A stretch of 64,000 nt of DNA from Octopus vulgaris (taxonomy: Eukaryota), in contig OX597819.1 of NCBI GenBank assembly GCA_951406725.2, positions 3,844,001 to 3,908,000 on the forward strand, read 5' to 3'. A program made the translations under genes and the position numbers. This document shows positions 13,600 to 26,634 of this stretch, piece after piece (position 1 is the first letter of the stretch; every line of letters starts with the position of its first letter). Under the pieces are notes generated by a model. The model made no database searches and was not told the DNA's origin. It saw only the letters and a list, made by a program, of their open reading frames with translations.

Positions 13600-14550
13600 A
13601 AATGAGGATAATATTGACAGTGAATATGACGTTTCGGCCAGTTAATGTATTGTCAGATTTTGATGCCTTGATGTTAGTCTTGAACTTGTATAGCTCTCTT
13701 GAATTAAAATCTTCCTTGGGTGTGTGGGTTTGAATGGAGAGGTAACTAGGTTGTAGGATGGTATTATGATGGAGGGATGTTTTGGAGAAATTTCTATTGA
13801 TTAAATTTGAACACGTTATTGAGATGTGATGTTTGTCGCCACTTCAACATGGCTGTACTGTACGAACTATCTTTAACTCCAATGGATACCTCCTCTCGCT
13901 GGTTATCGATGCAATCTTTACCCGATATATATAGGAAGCAGTCAAGTCACTAGAAGATGGTAGGGGGTTTGCTCCCCTGCTTGCAATATATATCGAAATG
14001 CAGACTGCATCGATAATCAGCTAGAGGAGGCGTCCTCTTGGGGTCAAAATGGTAATAAAATCGGTTCGTACGGAACAGCCATGTTGGAGTGGCGGCAAAA
14101 AATTCTTCTCAGTACAGTTTCTACTTTTATATCGTATAGAAATTTTCTAATTGAACACATTACTTTTTAGACTTTATTCTCGCATGTAGAACTTTCTACG
14201 AAGATCTGTATATTTAGGTGTGGTCGAATCAGATCATGGGATTGTTTTTAGAGGTTCATAAAATATAAACAAGGTAGGTAGATATAGACGTGCCAATAGT
14301 TTTATTTATTTTTAGTTTCCTTTGCTTTGTCAATGTAAAGGTCAAAGGTTCATAACATAACCCCCGATTTAATCAATAAAAAATTCGCTTCATCACAATC
14401 CACCCTACAACCGAGTTACGTCTCCACTCAAACCCACATATCAAAAAATTTTAACTCAATGGAGACTATATACAGCCAAGATTAATTTCAATGCATCGCA
14501 GTCCGACGATGGTTTGGCTTCGAAGCTACTGTTAATAATATTCTTGTCTA
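13600..14550. mobile_element. Decayed inverted-repeat cassette (arms about 13600-13808 and 14365-14550) enclosing a palindromic element
   Basis: gtgggtttgaatggagaggtaactaggttgtaggatgg is the reverse complement of ccaccctacaaccgagttacgtctccactcaaacccac. Hammerhead-like remnant CTGACAA...GAAACGTC on the minus strand at about 13625-13657. Confidence 0.65.
13815..14115. mobile_element. Palindromic MITE-like element, same family as 21695-22275
   Basis: gtcgccacttcaacatggctgt...cctcctctcgctggttatcgatgca is inverted as tgcatcgataatcagctagaggagg...acagccatgttggagtggcggc. Confidence 0.75.
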
Positions 14551-14602
14551 AGAATGATATATTTCTACTCTGTCATAACTGAACATAAAAACAAACATTA
14601 AT

Positions 14603-14639
<37 letters not shown>

Positions 14640-16499
14640 GTACGTCTGCGTACCTATGCCCACACACACAGAGGCACGTGTGTGTGTGTGCATGTGTGTG
14701 TGTGAGCACGCGCGCGGGCACGCAATCAGTAGTACGTATACTGATGCTTTTGATAATTCCTGGTTTTGAAAATTTATTTTTGTACCAAATAGAGTCGCAT
14801 GACAAATGTCAAAGTGCACGTTACATCTTTAAAAGAAATTTATTTGTCCATTGGCAAAAAAGATGCTTCACTTTCCCTTCTCTGTTCTTTCGTGATATAT
14901 GAATGTCCCACTTTTGATTTTTGTCTACTTCTAAAATGTAGGTCATTAGCGTTTTGCCAAAAAAAAAAAAAAAAAAAAAGAAATTAATCTTTGGTTAAGC
15001 TTTACACAAATGCAAAACAGAGTAAGCTCCCTGCATGATTCTTCCGTGAATAAGTTTTGATTTGAAATCAACACGTATTTTTGTTGTTTAGATTTAAGGC
15101 AGCCCTGACCGAATAAAGTTATGCTCAAAGGAATTCCAGTCATGACCATCTCACCTGTTTGCGTAAATGTATGAAACCTAGAGCTACATTATGCAACGTA
15201 TCTTTTTTCTAGACAGTAGTTGGGTTTTATTTGAGGGAGATTTGCAGCTTCAATTTCTAGAAACTTTCGAAAAAGAATTGAACATTGTACTATTGCATTT
15301 CCAGTTGAACTCGCTATTTTGCTTAGTAACAAAGAAAATTTTTCACAATCTACGGAAATTGAAAAGATTATTATTGTTTATGTTGACATGTCAAATCCGC
15401 TTATTGATACTTAGGTATGTTCGTATAAGTAACGTATTTAACGACGTACAGGCGTATTAGCTTATAATACACACTGCTCTTCATTGAAATAGAACAAATT
15501 AATGCTTTTGCTTGACATTCGTAGCCCTCTTCAAGATCAGGTCGTTTAAATGTTTGACATATTCAGATCATTGTGAGATCTCATTACATCTGACAAAAAG
15601 ACGCTAAACCTTCTGTTACTCTGTGAGTAACATCCACACTGTATTTTACATTAAACTCTAAAATATGCCTGAACATAGATTCATCTCATAAAACACCTAT
15701 ATATGCTGATTGAGAAATTGGAAGATTATTTAGCATACAATTTTTTGCCGTGAAAATTCCACGAATTACAATGTACTAGTAAAATTTGAAAGATACTTAT
15801 ATAAATTTAGGTTAAATGAACTATTAGCTATTATTATCGGATTTTATATGATATTGGTAAAATGCCCTAATTCTGTCCTCTTTGCTCTTTTACTTTTATT
15901 TACATTCTATGAAGCGATTTGTATCCGTTATTATACTGAACACTTAATTTGGGATAAACAAAGGTAAATAGTCACTGGCTTGAGACATGAGGACGAGTGA
16001 CTTTGATTTGGCTCCTGAAAATATTGGAAGAGAAGTTTTAAAATGTGTTACACTATTCTCTTTCTGGCAATCATCGCATTTAATATCACTCTCTGACATA
16101 GTTCAGATGTACAGATATTGTAATATCTGGTACAAAGTTCACTAAATGGTGTTACTTATATAAGCAACTGTGTCTTCTTTGCGACTTCAATATGTTGGGG
16201 TACTGGCAATTTGAAAATTTTGAACTTGAATGTTTGTATCTAACAAATATTGTACTGCAACAAAAATCGATTTTTAAAAGTATGTTTTTAGCTCTGCTTC
16301 GCTAAAAGTATGTTGCTTCTTTCAATTAAACGAACATTGAAATAAATGATAATGTTTTGCGAGGATGTCTTTCCTTGATCGCTAGCTTTAGTATACAAAT
16401 GATTGCTAGTATGTTTAATACCTTGTCAGTTTTCTTCCTAAATGGTGCTATTTTTTGAAGTAAATGTTATGTATAAGCATTGTTAGCTTTAGAAAATAC

Positions 16500-17862
16500 A
16501 TTTGATTAGAGAAGCGCTTGGTGTAAAGTTTACGGGACATTGCAGCCTGTGAACGTTCATTCACAAATAACGGAAACGTTGGCCTTACACTTAAATGACA
16601 AAGACCGATTTTTTTGAAAACAAAGTGCGTCTCAATACCGTCAAATACTTACTGAGGTACACATGGATCACTTAAACATAGGAAGATATTTGAAATTAAT
16701 ACGTTAGGCAACCGAAATTTGCTTTTGAGAGCAGATGGAAAATATAAAGGGAAAATATATCCATACTTATCGATAAAACGAATCTGTATTTTGATTTGAT
16801 AAATTAATATTTTCTGAGAACTTATTATTAGTTGTCACAAATGCACTTGTTAAGAAAAGTGGTTTTTGTTACTTGTTCAATCTAGAGGAAGAGGTAGTGC
16901 CTATGACTTTGCAGGCCCTCTGAGACCGATGATATTCATGTCCGCATCCCATGAGACTGGCTTTATTGGTAATCATTTTACTAAACAAAATCATAATAAT
17001 ATCCAATATAAAATGCGATACCCCCAGGCATATATACAAGTAACATTGTTATTGCATTATATCATAAACTGAAATTTCTTCTCATGGATTTCCATAATTA
17101 TGCATATACAATTTCTAGGAAGTATGAATAGCAAGTTTATCAAGACTAACAAGAAGCAAGGAAATACTGAGAATGTTTTTCCGTTTTGCAGGTTTCACTA
17201 GATATTTCAAACAGAATGCGTACAGATTCGATTCTTGCTTAAATCCAACATATATTATTTCGACTGTTATGATGAATGCATGAATGCACTTTCAAGTGCC
17301 AGTTAATATAGTATCACGATACTTAATGTACTGATACAAAACCTAATTAATTAACAATGCTTATGTAGGAAGAAGCTGACTACAATAACTCAGGACTAAT
17401 ATTTTCATGCAAGTGATGTCTATGGATAATTACCCTCGATTATAATGATACATTTGAGCCTTGGTGACGCTCTAATTAATTTTGTACACAGAAAGTTATA
17501 TTTTGCTAGAAAAGCATAATAAGACCGTAACAAGTCCAGATTCATCACTGGAAAACTCTCGTTCGGCCTTGCCAAGATTAGTTGAAAGAATTTGAGTGGG
17601 AGATTGGGTTATCAATTCCCAAAATTCAGTGTAACTTCATGGCATAAATTTGTTTCTTCTTTTGTAATTTCGCTAAAGATTTTACACGCGTGACATTTGT
17701 CTATGCAAAAGCCCAAAGAGTAGTACGGGCTGGATGTGGTAGCATAAGAACATATAGAAAACTACAGTGCAAAGTTGGCTTCTGTTTGATTAAAATAATC
17801 TTGTTTCCTTTTATCAAAACATTGGAGGTGGGTATTGAGCTACAAAAGGTCGAGGACCACTG
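16500..17862 (+). mobile_element. Possible highly decayed hAT (Charlie-like) transposon remnant
   Basis: 3' terminus aaaaggtcgaggaccactg followed by ggttagac resembles hAT-Charlie ends and target sites. Only faint protein-like traces upstream; the left boundary is a guess. Confidence 0.35.
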
Positions 17863-18190
17863 GGTTAGACAGCCTGGCTCGATATTAATTGCTTCCTTAA
17901 ATTTAATTCATGTATAATTTACATCTAGACGTTGAAATCATATGAAAATACTTTAAAATTCTTTATTCTGAAGATGTTACAGAAGACAGCTATAGCAGGG
18001 CTTTTTTCTCACACTACGAGTAAAACGATTACAGCTTGAGAGAAGTGAATTAATGACAGTCTTGTAAACCTATAGTGGAAAACTTGCATAGAATTGATAA
18101 TCCCTGGCACCCCTCGTTTTAAAGCCTATGAAATTTTCTATTTTTTATCAGGTAAGGAACACAAAAGAGAAATGTTTAAAAAAAAAAAAA

Positions 18191-18222
<32 letters not shown>

Positions 18223-18787
18223 CACTGACTTGAAAACGAAACCAAAAATAAAAGGGGTGGTTACGAGTGACAGGAGATATATAGTGAAGAATGCTGTTTT
18301 CATTAGTCTTTTAGTCTTTTCTGACATGAATGGAGGAGAAATTTAACAGACTATTAAATTTGACAATAGACTTACGACTTAAGCAGATTGCTGAACTACT
18401 ATGACAGATAAAGTAGTATATGGCTGTAGCTTTTAGCAGTATTGAGATATTCAACAAATGACTAACAGTAAAATATATCGTTGCCGTATTGTTTCTATTT
18501 AGAAGGATATTAATGTTGACAATGAACAGGCTTTCCTCCTCAACAATTACTGAAAAACTTTGGTAGACGTTTGATCTTCCCGAAAAAAAAAAAACCAAAG
18601 CAGAAATCCTTTTATGTAGTAAAGAAAGGACATTTTTTTTAAAAGTACACTTTTATGTAAATATCTCGTTCATAAAGTTTGTTTATAATAAAACATAGAG
18701 GCACACAATGGCAAAAGTACACAGAAGCCTGATCTACTGGATTACATGCGGAATCGATTATCCTGATGGTATGGCCGACACTATATG

Positions 18788-19203
18788 AAGGCGGCGAGCT
18801 GGCAGAAACGTTAGCACGCCGGGCGAAATGCCTAGCCATATTTCGTCTGCCGTTACGTTCTGAGTTCGAATTCCGCCGAGGTCGACTTTGCCTTTCATTC
18901 TTTCGGGGTCGATAAATTAAGTACCAGTTACGCACTGGGGTCGATATAATCGCCTTAATACGTATGTCTGTCCTTGTTTGTCCTCTCTGTGTTTAGCCCC
19001 TTGTGGGTAGTAAAGAAATAAGTGTTTCGTCTGCTGCTACGTTCGGAGTTCAAATTCCGCCGAGGTCGACTTTGCCTTTCATTCTTTCGGGGTCGATAAA
19101 TTAAGTACCAATTACGCACTGGGGTCGATATAATCGGCTTAATCCGTTTGTCTGTCCTTGTTTGTCCTCTCTGTGATTAGCTCCTTGTGGGTAGTAAAGG
19201 AAT
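18788..19203 (+). mobile_element. SINE family A, dimeric composite copy, little diverged
   Basis: Head aaggcggcgagctggcagaaacgttagcacgccgggcgaaatg plus two core-and-tail units. Confidence 0.92.
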
Positions 19204-19487
19204 ATGTTCATATAGGGCGCACTACTAAAGAATTTCGGTTCGCAGTGATGAGATAAGGAGTTCAATCCCACTGTTCAGCACTACAAGCAAGTCGTACCTG
19301 CTGTAGCATGGACTTGACACAGGATTTATGAATAAGACTGGGTAAGCGAAAAATAGGTGGACTCCATCGAATGGAATTCAACAGTAATTCGGAGATTCAA
19401 ACTTGTCACACCGAATGTCACGCCGATTCTGCTTAAAGACTACATTTTGGTAGTAACTAATATCTGAACAGTACTCAAGTTACTTCC

Positions 19488-19893
19488 TATTTCTTTACTA
19501 CCCACAAGGGGCTAAACACAGAGAGGACAAACAAGGACAGACAAACGGATTAAGTCGATTGCATCGACCTCAGTGCGTAACTGGTACTTATTTAATCGAC
19601 CCCGAAAGGATGAATAACAAAGTCGACCTCGGCGGAATTTGAACTCAGAACGCAGAGACAGATGAAATACCTATTTCTTTACTACCCTCAAGGGGCTAAA
19701 CACAGAGGAGACAAACAAGGACAGACGAACGGATTAAGTCGATTACATCGACCTCAGTGCGTAACTGGTACTTAATTTATCGACCCCGAAAGGATGAAAG
19801 GCAAAGTCGACCTCGGCGGAATTTGAGCGCAGCGGTGGACAAAATACCACAAGGCATTTCGCCCAGCGTGCGATTCTGCCAGCTCGCAGCCAT
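19488..19893 (-). mobile_element. SINE family A, dimeric composite copy with 20-bp TSD
   Basis: Reverse-complement copy of the same structure, flanked by acagtactcaagttacttcc at 19468-19487 and 19894-19913. Confidence 0.92.
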
Positions 19894-21429
19894 ACAGTAC
19901 TCAAGTTACTTCCATTACAGATATCATAATAGTATACTCAAAAACTTCCTCATTTAGCATGGACACCTCCTTATATTTCCGCATTTATTTTGTGGTTTAT
20001 ACCTTCTAATTTCTATGCTATTCGTTGAACATTTAAGAAAAAATTAGTAACTAAATGAGTAGCATTCCCTTCGTTTTGATAAATAGTCATTAAATAGAGT
20101 GGAAGTGGGAACTAGGTTTAAACAAGGGGAGAGAACTAGAAAAGGAAGACGAGGTGAACTTAGCCATGTTACTGTCTTTAGTTATTTCCTTATCTCCATC
20201 TTTTTCAAGTGCTGGTTATAAATAAAACAATGGACATGATTAATTAAAAATCTCTATGCTTCTGTATCCAAAGGCACTTCTATAAAAGGATTATTTTGTG
20301 TAGCAAAAAAATTATTTTTAATATGTGAGTGTTGAAAAACAACCTAATAATAAAGAGTGCTGAAGAAAAATATTAATTCCATAGGTCATCATTTACAACA
20401 CAGATTCACTCGCAAGTGTTACATACACACACACACACTCGCGCGCATACGCACACACACGTATATATGTGTGTGTTTGCGCGCGTGCGAGTGTACGCGT
20501 CGTTCTTCGTTAGGTTTTGTACATAGCAACCTTTCCATTCTGCGTTGGTATTTGTAGTTATCCTAATTCATGTATTAGCTGTCACAGTTTTCCAGACGTC
20601 ACAGCCTTATTACATTTGCATATATATGATTTCTATCATGATGAGCCAGGAAATGCAGGCTCCCACAACAAAAGGCGATGTTGGGTACAACCACTCAACG
20701 AAGAATGACAGCAAAGTCCTGAACTTAAACAGCGTGAAAAAGAGTTTTTAAAAAATTGTTAACTTCAGCGAATGCTGTAACTTTACCATGAGAAATACAA
20801 ATACATCTGGGTAAATGAAACAAAATTTGTCAAAAATATGAAATGCACAGCGATAATACATACATATTCACACACATACATACACATACGTACATACATA
20901 CACATATACGCATACCCGTTAAAACAAAAAGATAAGGTCTATGCAAGCCAAAAAGATAAGTATTATCATGTCTAATATTGGCGAACTTTTATCAACTTAG
21001 AAATGTTCTCATTTGTTTGCTGTGAATAGAAACTCTCGTTTTGAGATGTTATAGACATCTCGTAAGTGTTTTAAAGAATATTTCTGATCACGAAGTAATG
21101 CACATTAGAATATTCATCTAATCTTTGAATTACTATTTCCATGAATATTATTTAAAAGAAAAATGAAAAAAAATACAACAACTCTGCCACTTCCAAATAA
21201 GTAATTCAGTTGTAATTCACTTAAAATAAACACTGTTCAGTGATACACCTGATATTCTTTGAACAGACTTTAATCAACCCCGTTCTCTGTGCCGATTATT
21301 TAATAATTTTAACAGTATTATTGAGAAGTACAGGATACTAAAGTAAGACGTCGTTCAAGCAAACTGACAAATATTTCATTAGGATGCGAGCTGAACATAT
21401 CCTATGAGTATAGCCTGTACTGCGTTTGT

Positions 21430-22706
21430 CATAAATTGGAACGCAAGAAGTTCAGATTTCAAATTATCAAAAAACTTAGAATACTAAAATCCCGAAAGAC
21501 CGAAAACTGATAGTCATAATGCTAAAATTTTAAAAGTCTGAATTTTGAAAAATTTCACAGAAAATAATATGAAAATTGGGCTTAAATGGTCCATACTTAC
21601 AATTCTAAAAGCAAGTATAAACACAAGCAAGTTAGCTAGTTGAATTAGTATAAATACCGCTTTTATCTCTTATGGAGATGAAAGCAGTTTTTCTACTGAG
21701 AAGTAATACTTATCGCCACTTAAACATGACTGTCCCTAGGAACGGGCGTTACTACTATTTTTAACCCCAGAAGGACGCCTCCTCCAGCTGGTTATTCGGT
21801 GCAATCTACGCCCTATATATTGCAAGCGGGCAGATAACTCCTGCTGTCTTCTAGCTACGAGACCACCAGCTCTTACGGTTTCGACCTCTTTCTGATCATT
21901 TTCGCTGGTGGGTACTCGTCGGGTAGCGGTAAACAGTACTTGTCAGTAAACTCCATCTTTTACAGATATTTTTCTTAACTAGTTAAATTACTTGTTGCAA
22001 GATCAGTGACTGTGAGTCACTTATTTTCTATATATTGTGAGCTGGAGTGAACCAATACTATGTCTAGCAGACAGGTATCTACCATCGAGAATGACCACAA
22101 AGGTGGTCTCATAGCTAGAAGATGATAGGAGTTATCTCCTCGCTTGCAATATATATCGGGTGCATATTGCACCGAATAACTAGCTGGTTGGAGGCGACAC
22201 CTTGGGGTTAAAAAAAACAGTAACGTCCGTTTCTAGGGAATAGCCTAAAAGGCGATAAACATTATTTCTTAGTATGAACAATAACATATAAACAGGGATA
22301 CGATATCATATATATAAGCGAAAATAGTTTATTTATCGGATATTTCTGTTCTTTAATTCTATTAGTATACACTCTCAATACAAACCAAAACACGTCAACC
22401 AATCAAAAGGTCGAGGTTTCTATATTTCTATTACACAGTGAAAATCTTAAGGCAAAGAAAGTTAAACAAGTGTACGAGTCTAATTTCGGACTCTCAAAAA
22501 TTTGAACTTACCATTCAACTGGATGGAAATGTCTTTTACAAGTGTTACCAATTTATTATTTAAAGTATTTTAAAATTTGGAGCTTTTTTTTTTTAACATA
22601 ATGTAATTTAGTATTGTGAGTTTCGGCTATTTCAGAATTTCGATATTCTGATTGTTCGACCATTTAAAATTCGACCTTCAAGCGTTAGATTTTGAGACTT
22701 AAACCC
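21430..22706. mobile_element. Decayed long-TIR DNA element (MULE-like) with a nested MITE
   Basis: Left end agaatactaaaatcccgaaagaccgaaaact resembles the reverse complement of the right end (agaatatcgaaattctgaaatagccgaaact). TIRs appear built of short cgaaa/aaaat units. Confidence 0.45.
21695..22275. mobile_element. Palindromic MITE-like element with about 170-bp inverted arms
   Basis: ttatcgcc...ccctaggaacgggcgttac...ccagctggttattcggtgcaat...tatattgcaagcg...cttctagctacgagaccacc is inverted at about 22102-22275. Confidence 0.82.
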
Positions 22707-25189
22707 TTTTTGTGAAGAAATGAACTCAGCTAAGTAATATTACCTAATCGGTGTATAGAAAAACTTAGCTCAATAACCGATAACAATTTAATTTTATCTA
22801 AGCAACTAAGAGCGACCACCCTGTGATTCCGTGTTCTTATCCATTGTAGGCCTTGAACCAGTATTTTTTATACCGTGTTCTTACCTCTGGAAATATAATT
22901 TTTCCATTATACAGTAGTTTTTAATGAAACACATTTTGGTGTAACTATTTCAGTTATCAACTGATATGAGAGAAGAAAAACACGTGAGCCAATTACTTAT
23001 TGAGTATTATAATTTTTGAACTCCTAATTTATCCTTGTTTTACTGGATATTTTTATATTTGAAAAATAAAGCAAAATTAGCAGTATCATCTTAAGTAGCT
23101 AAAGCAGGAACAACAAATGAACCCCTGGAAGTCTCAAATATTTTATACAACAGCATGCCTCACGCGTATATTAACTTCTAAAAATTATATTCAAATGCAT
23201 AGATGACTTTTCCCATTAAACTGGCTTTGTTCATATTAATGGTACATAACGCTTCTATACAGGTTTTGTTGTTCAAGACAACAAAGGATTCTCTTAAACC
23301 AAACAATCGTATAACGTTCTTTGTCTTTGAGACTATATCAACAAGTGCCTATTATTGATAATCTTTCATCTTTGCTCTCTGATCATTCAGTGTGAATATT
23401 CCTCATTGTTTCTTATACTGCAATACGAAAGGCAATAGGCATACATTTCTCAAACCATAGATTATATCCAAGAGTGAATAAAGCATGGAATAACGTTTTA
23501 TTTCGGTACAGTCCTTTTCAGAATAATAGGAAATTCATCGCAAACATTTAATAATTACAGAGGATTTTTAACCAACTTATTGGATATTTTAGTTGTTTTT
23601 ACACCCAATTGATTCTAATCACTCTTTTGAATGATAACACAAATAGAATCTACGCTAAAACTTATTGAAATCCATCAGAGATTCCTTTCATAAATCAATA
23701 GACCCATTTCCTTCAGCTTCACAGAGAGCCTCATATATTGAATTATTTATCGATATGTCCAGTGCTTTCTCATCGATGTTCTAAATCAAAGCTGTTATTT
23801 TTACTTTGATATATTTTATCTTTATGACTATCTTTCAATCCAATTTTCGTCTTGAGTCGCCTATATCTTTATTCACGCATCCAGTCAAATTTTTATTATC
23901 AAGATTAAATCCGCAAAGGGTCTGCAAAGCATCAGTAATTTTTGTCGTAACTCATATTGGCGCATTCTTTAGATTTATCTAATTATTCTGTATAATTATT
24001 ATCTTTCCGGTACAACAACAAAGTAAGTTCTGGTGATACACGTGTAAGACCTACGTCAGGCCGCTACTAAATTGTTCGTCAGTCGATGCATTACTGCTTG
24101 TTAGAGTTAATATATTTTATTTCTACGGAAGAGTATTTTTCTCTTTAAAAGCTGAATCAGTGTGATTTTACAACTTCTTTCCCAATAATATATTACCCAA
24201 TTATTCGCTGTTCCACTTTATCCTGCAAACTATTCACAGCAAAATCTGAAATATGCTCACATTATGAGATAATGTTTCTGTGAATTATTTAGCGATTTTG
24301 AGAAACTAACTTAATCAGGATGTATTTTTTTCTAACCCATACTAGCATTTGTTAAATGAGATACAAAGCTAAGCATCTGAAGAGAGTATGGGATTCTAAT
24401 GCTCATGCTGATCGCAATGGCTTTTAGTGCCTTACCATCAATCTGCAAAATTGGATACGAGGTGAGTATTTATCGAGGAAGGTTTCAGGTTAGGGGTTTA
24501 CTTCCCAGAATATTAAGCCAAATGCTCAATATCTTCCCTGACTTCGAATTACAGAACTTAATGAATATGAAAAAAATTTTGTTTTGAAACTTTACAAGCA
24601 ACTGATGGTACGCACCACGTACTATATTTTCAGAAATGGAACTGCTTGTTTCACTTCTATATTTCTAGACATCTCTTTCATGTGTACTCAATTTGACTAC
24701 GAATTACTTTCATTTATGTAAATTTTATTCTTTCTTTATAGTAATTTCATTCCATTAAATGGAATGTTGATCTAAGCAAGACCGAAAGGTTAAAAGTTTA
24801 AAAAGTCTGAGATGTATAAGCTTGTTTACTGACAAGACTGTTATCAAGATATTAATTTAATGTTGCCCTGGTAATATTGTTTGATCTCTTATACATATCA
24901 TAAAAAAATATTGACGCTAACATTGCACTACAGCCAGTTCACATAAAATACTTAATACAAAAAACAAAAACAATGTTCTCCTCTTCTAAATAAAACCCCA
25001 CAAAACATCTGTTTTATATAAATGAACACGCTGTTTCTACATTCACAAAATTCTCTTTGACAAGTTCGAGAAACGAACGAAAGCGCTAATTATAATGAAA
25101 AATAAAAAGATTTTATTCAAAAATTCTGGCGACCTTTTTTCTCAATATTCAATATCTGTACACCACACCTAACACTATATATATATATA

Positions 25190-25596
25190 TACATGGTGGT
25201 GAGTGTCTACTCCTTATGCAGAGTTTGAACACCTCCTGTACCTACACCTTAGAACCATCATGGCATCTGATGTGACTTTTTAAACCAGACAATGTTCTGA
25301 CAAGACACCCACATAGATTGCATATCCGATTTGGACCACCGAGAACTGCAGAAAATTTCCGATCTGTGTGAATCCTCAAATGTCTTTTGAGGCTTCCGTT
25401 AGATTTGCAAACATTCTGGCATAGACTGCATTCAAAAGTGTGCACAGACATATAGGCAGAATAGTTGGTAGAGGTTCGTTTTCCATAGGCTTGCAATTGA
25501 GATTTGAACGCAGCAAAAGAAAGGCATGTTCTGTCTCAAACTGTGCACACAAAAAGTTCATTGTCATCTACCTTCTTGATCGTAGCATTCTTCCTT
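25190..25596 (-). mobile_element. RTE-type LINE 3' end encoding C2H2 zinc fingers (decayed)
   Basis: FECSLCQNVCKSNGSLKRHLRIH and CNLCGCLVRTLSGLKSHIRCH, plus an upstream broken finger FVCTV*DRTCLSFAAFKS. The stop is followed by a short 3' tail running into (TA)n. No splice context. RTE assignment is inferred. Confidence 0.7.
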
Positions 25597-25614
25597 ATAT
25601 ATATATATATATAT

Positions 25615-25808
25615 AGTCGCCATGATAAATCGTTAGCCACTACACACATTTTTTTCTCTCCTTGTTTTTTCTGTGTCCCTTTCTATGGAAGAGCGTAGGC
25701 TCGAAACGTAAAACCCTTTTCTATTCCTGAGCGTTATACTTATACATCTGTTTGTTTTGTACACCACCTGTCTTCGTCTTTTGTTTTTTTTCGTAAACTC
25801 TCCCTTAT
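25615..25808 (+). mobile_element. Penelope-like pLTR copy with a decayed hammerhead
   Basis: Homologous to 26015-26225 and, inverted, to 26635-26830. Contains ctatggaagagcgtaggctcgaaacgta. Confidence 0.8.
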
Positions 25809-26014
25809 ACATACTAATACATACTATACATACACCAACCCTATACATACACACGTCCAGACCTTCATACGCACTAATACTCTCTCATACACACACACAC
25901 CCACACACCCTTATGTTGGAGCTGGTCACTCAACCCTATTATCAACCCTATTATCTCCCCTAATTTCGCTCTCGCGTCTCATGTTTGATCTTTGACTTCT
26001 GGCCGAAATCAGAT

Positions 26015-26225
26015 CGCCATGTTGGTTCGTTAGTTACTGCACGCATTTTTTTCTCTCCTTCTTTCTGTGTTTTTTTCTCTCTGTGTATCTTTCTGTTGAA
26101 GAGCGTAGGCTCGAAACGTTAAAGACTTGTTTTATTTATATTTCCTGAGCGCCATACTAATACAATTGTTTGTTTGTTTTCCACCTGCCTTCGTCTTTTG
26201 TCTATTTTCATAAAGCTTCCCGTTA
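26015..26225 (+). mobile_element. Penelope-like pLTR copy
   Basis: Same repeat family as 25615, ending at (TA)n. Confidence 0.8.
26088..26125 (+). ncRNA. Minimal type I hammerhead-like motif with variant core CUGUUGA
   Basis: tcttt-CTGTTGA-a-GAGC-gtag-GCTC-GAAAC-GTT|aaaga. Stem I tcttt/aaaga, stem II GAGC/GCTC, palindromic AACGTT stem III. Confidence 0.6.
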
Positions 26226-26590
26226 TATATATATATATATATATATATACCTACATACATACACGCATATACATATATACACATATATATATACATATAT
26301 ATATACATATATATATATAATTGTATATACTTATATACAATTATATTAGGAGAAATGAGGTACTCAGTAATTCGGATGGTTTTATATTTACAGACATTTA
26401 TTTGTATATTACATGTTTTTATACATCATATAACTTAGATCATATATTAGCGCTTTCTCCCAATCTAGTGGGGTTTTCAAATCGAACTAAGGTCCTGTGA
26501 AAAATGTTTTGATCATTTTATAGTGTTATTGAGTGTGTAGTGGTGGGGAGGGACATAAGACAGTACAACAGGGTGATGGATGGGGAGAAA

Positions 26591-26624
<34 letters not shown>

Positions 26625-26634
26625 TGTTTGTATA

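Noticed and set aside
18788-18880. tRNA-like A/B boxes in SINE heads
   Set aside because: These are SINE promoters; no complete cloverleaf, so no tRNA gene is called.
23050-24300. Possible decayed transposase-like coding sequence
   Set aside because: Too many stops and no motif I could identify.
24399-24471. Plus-strand MLMLIAMAFSALPSICKIGYE followed by gtgagt
   Set aside because: Looks like a signal exon but no partner plus-strand exons were found.
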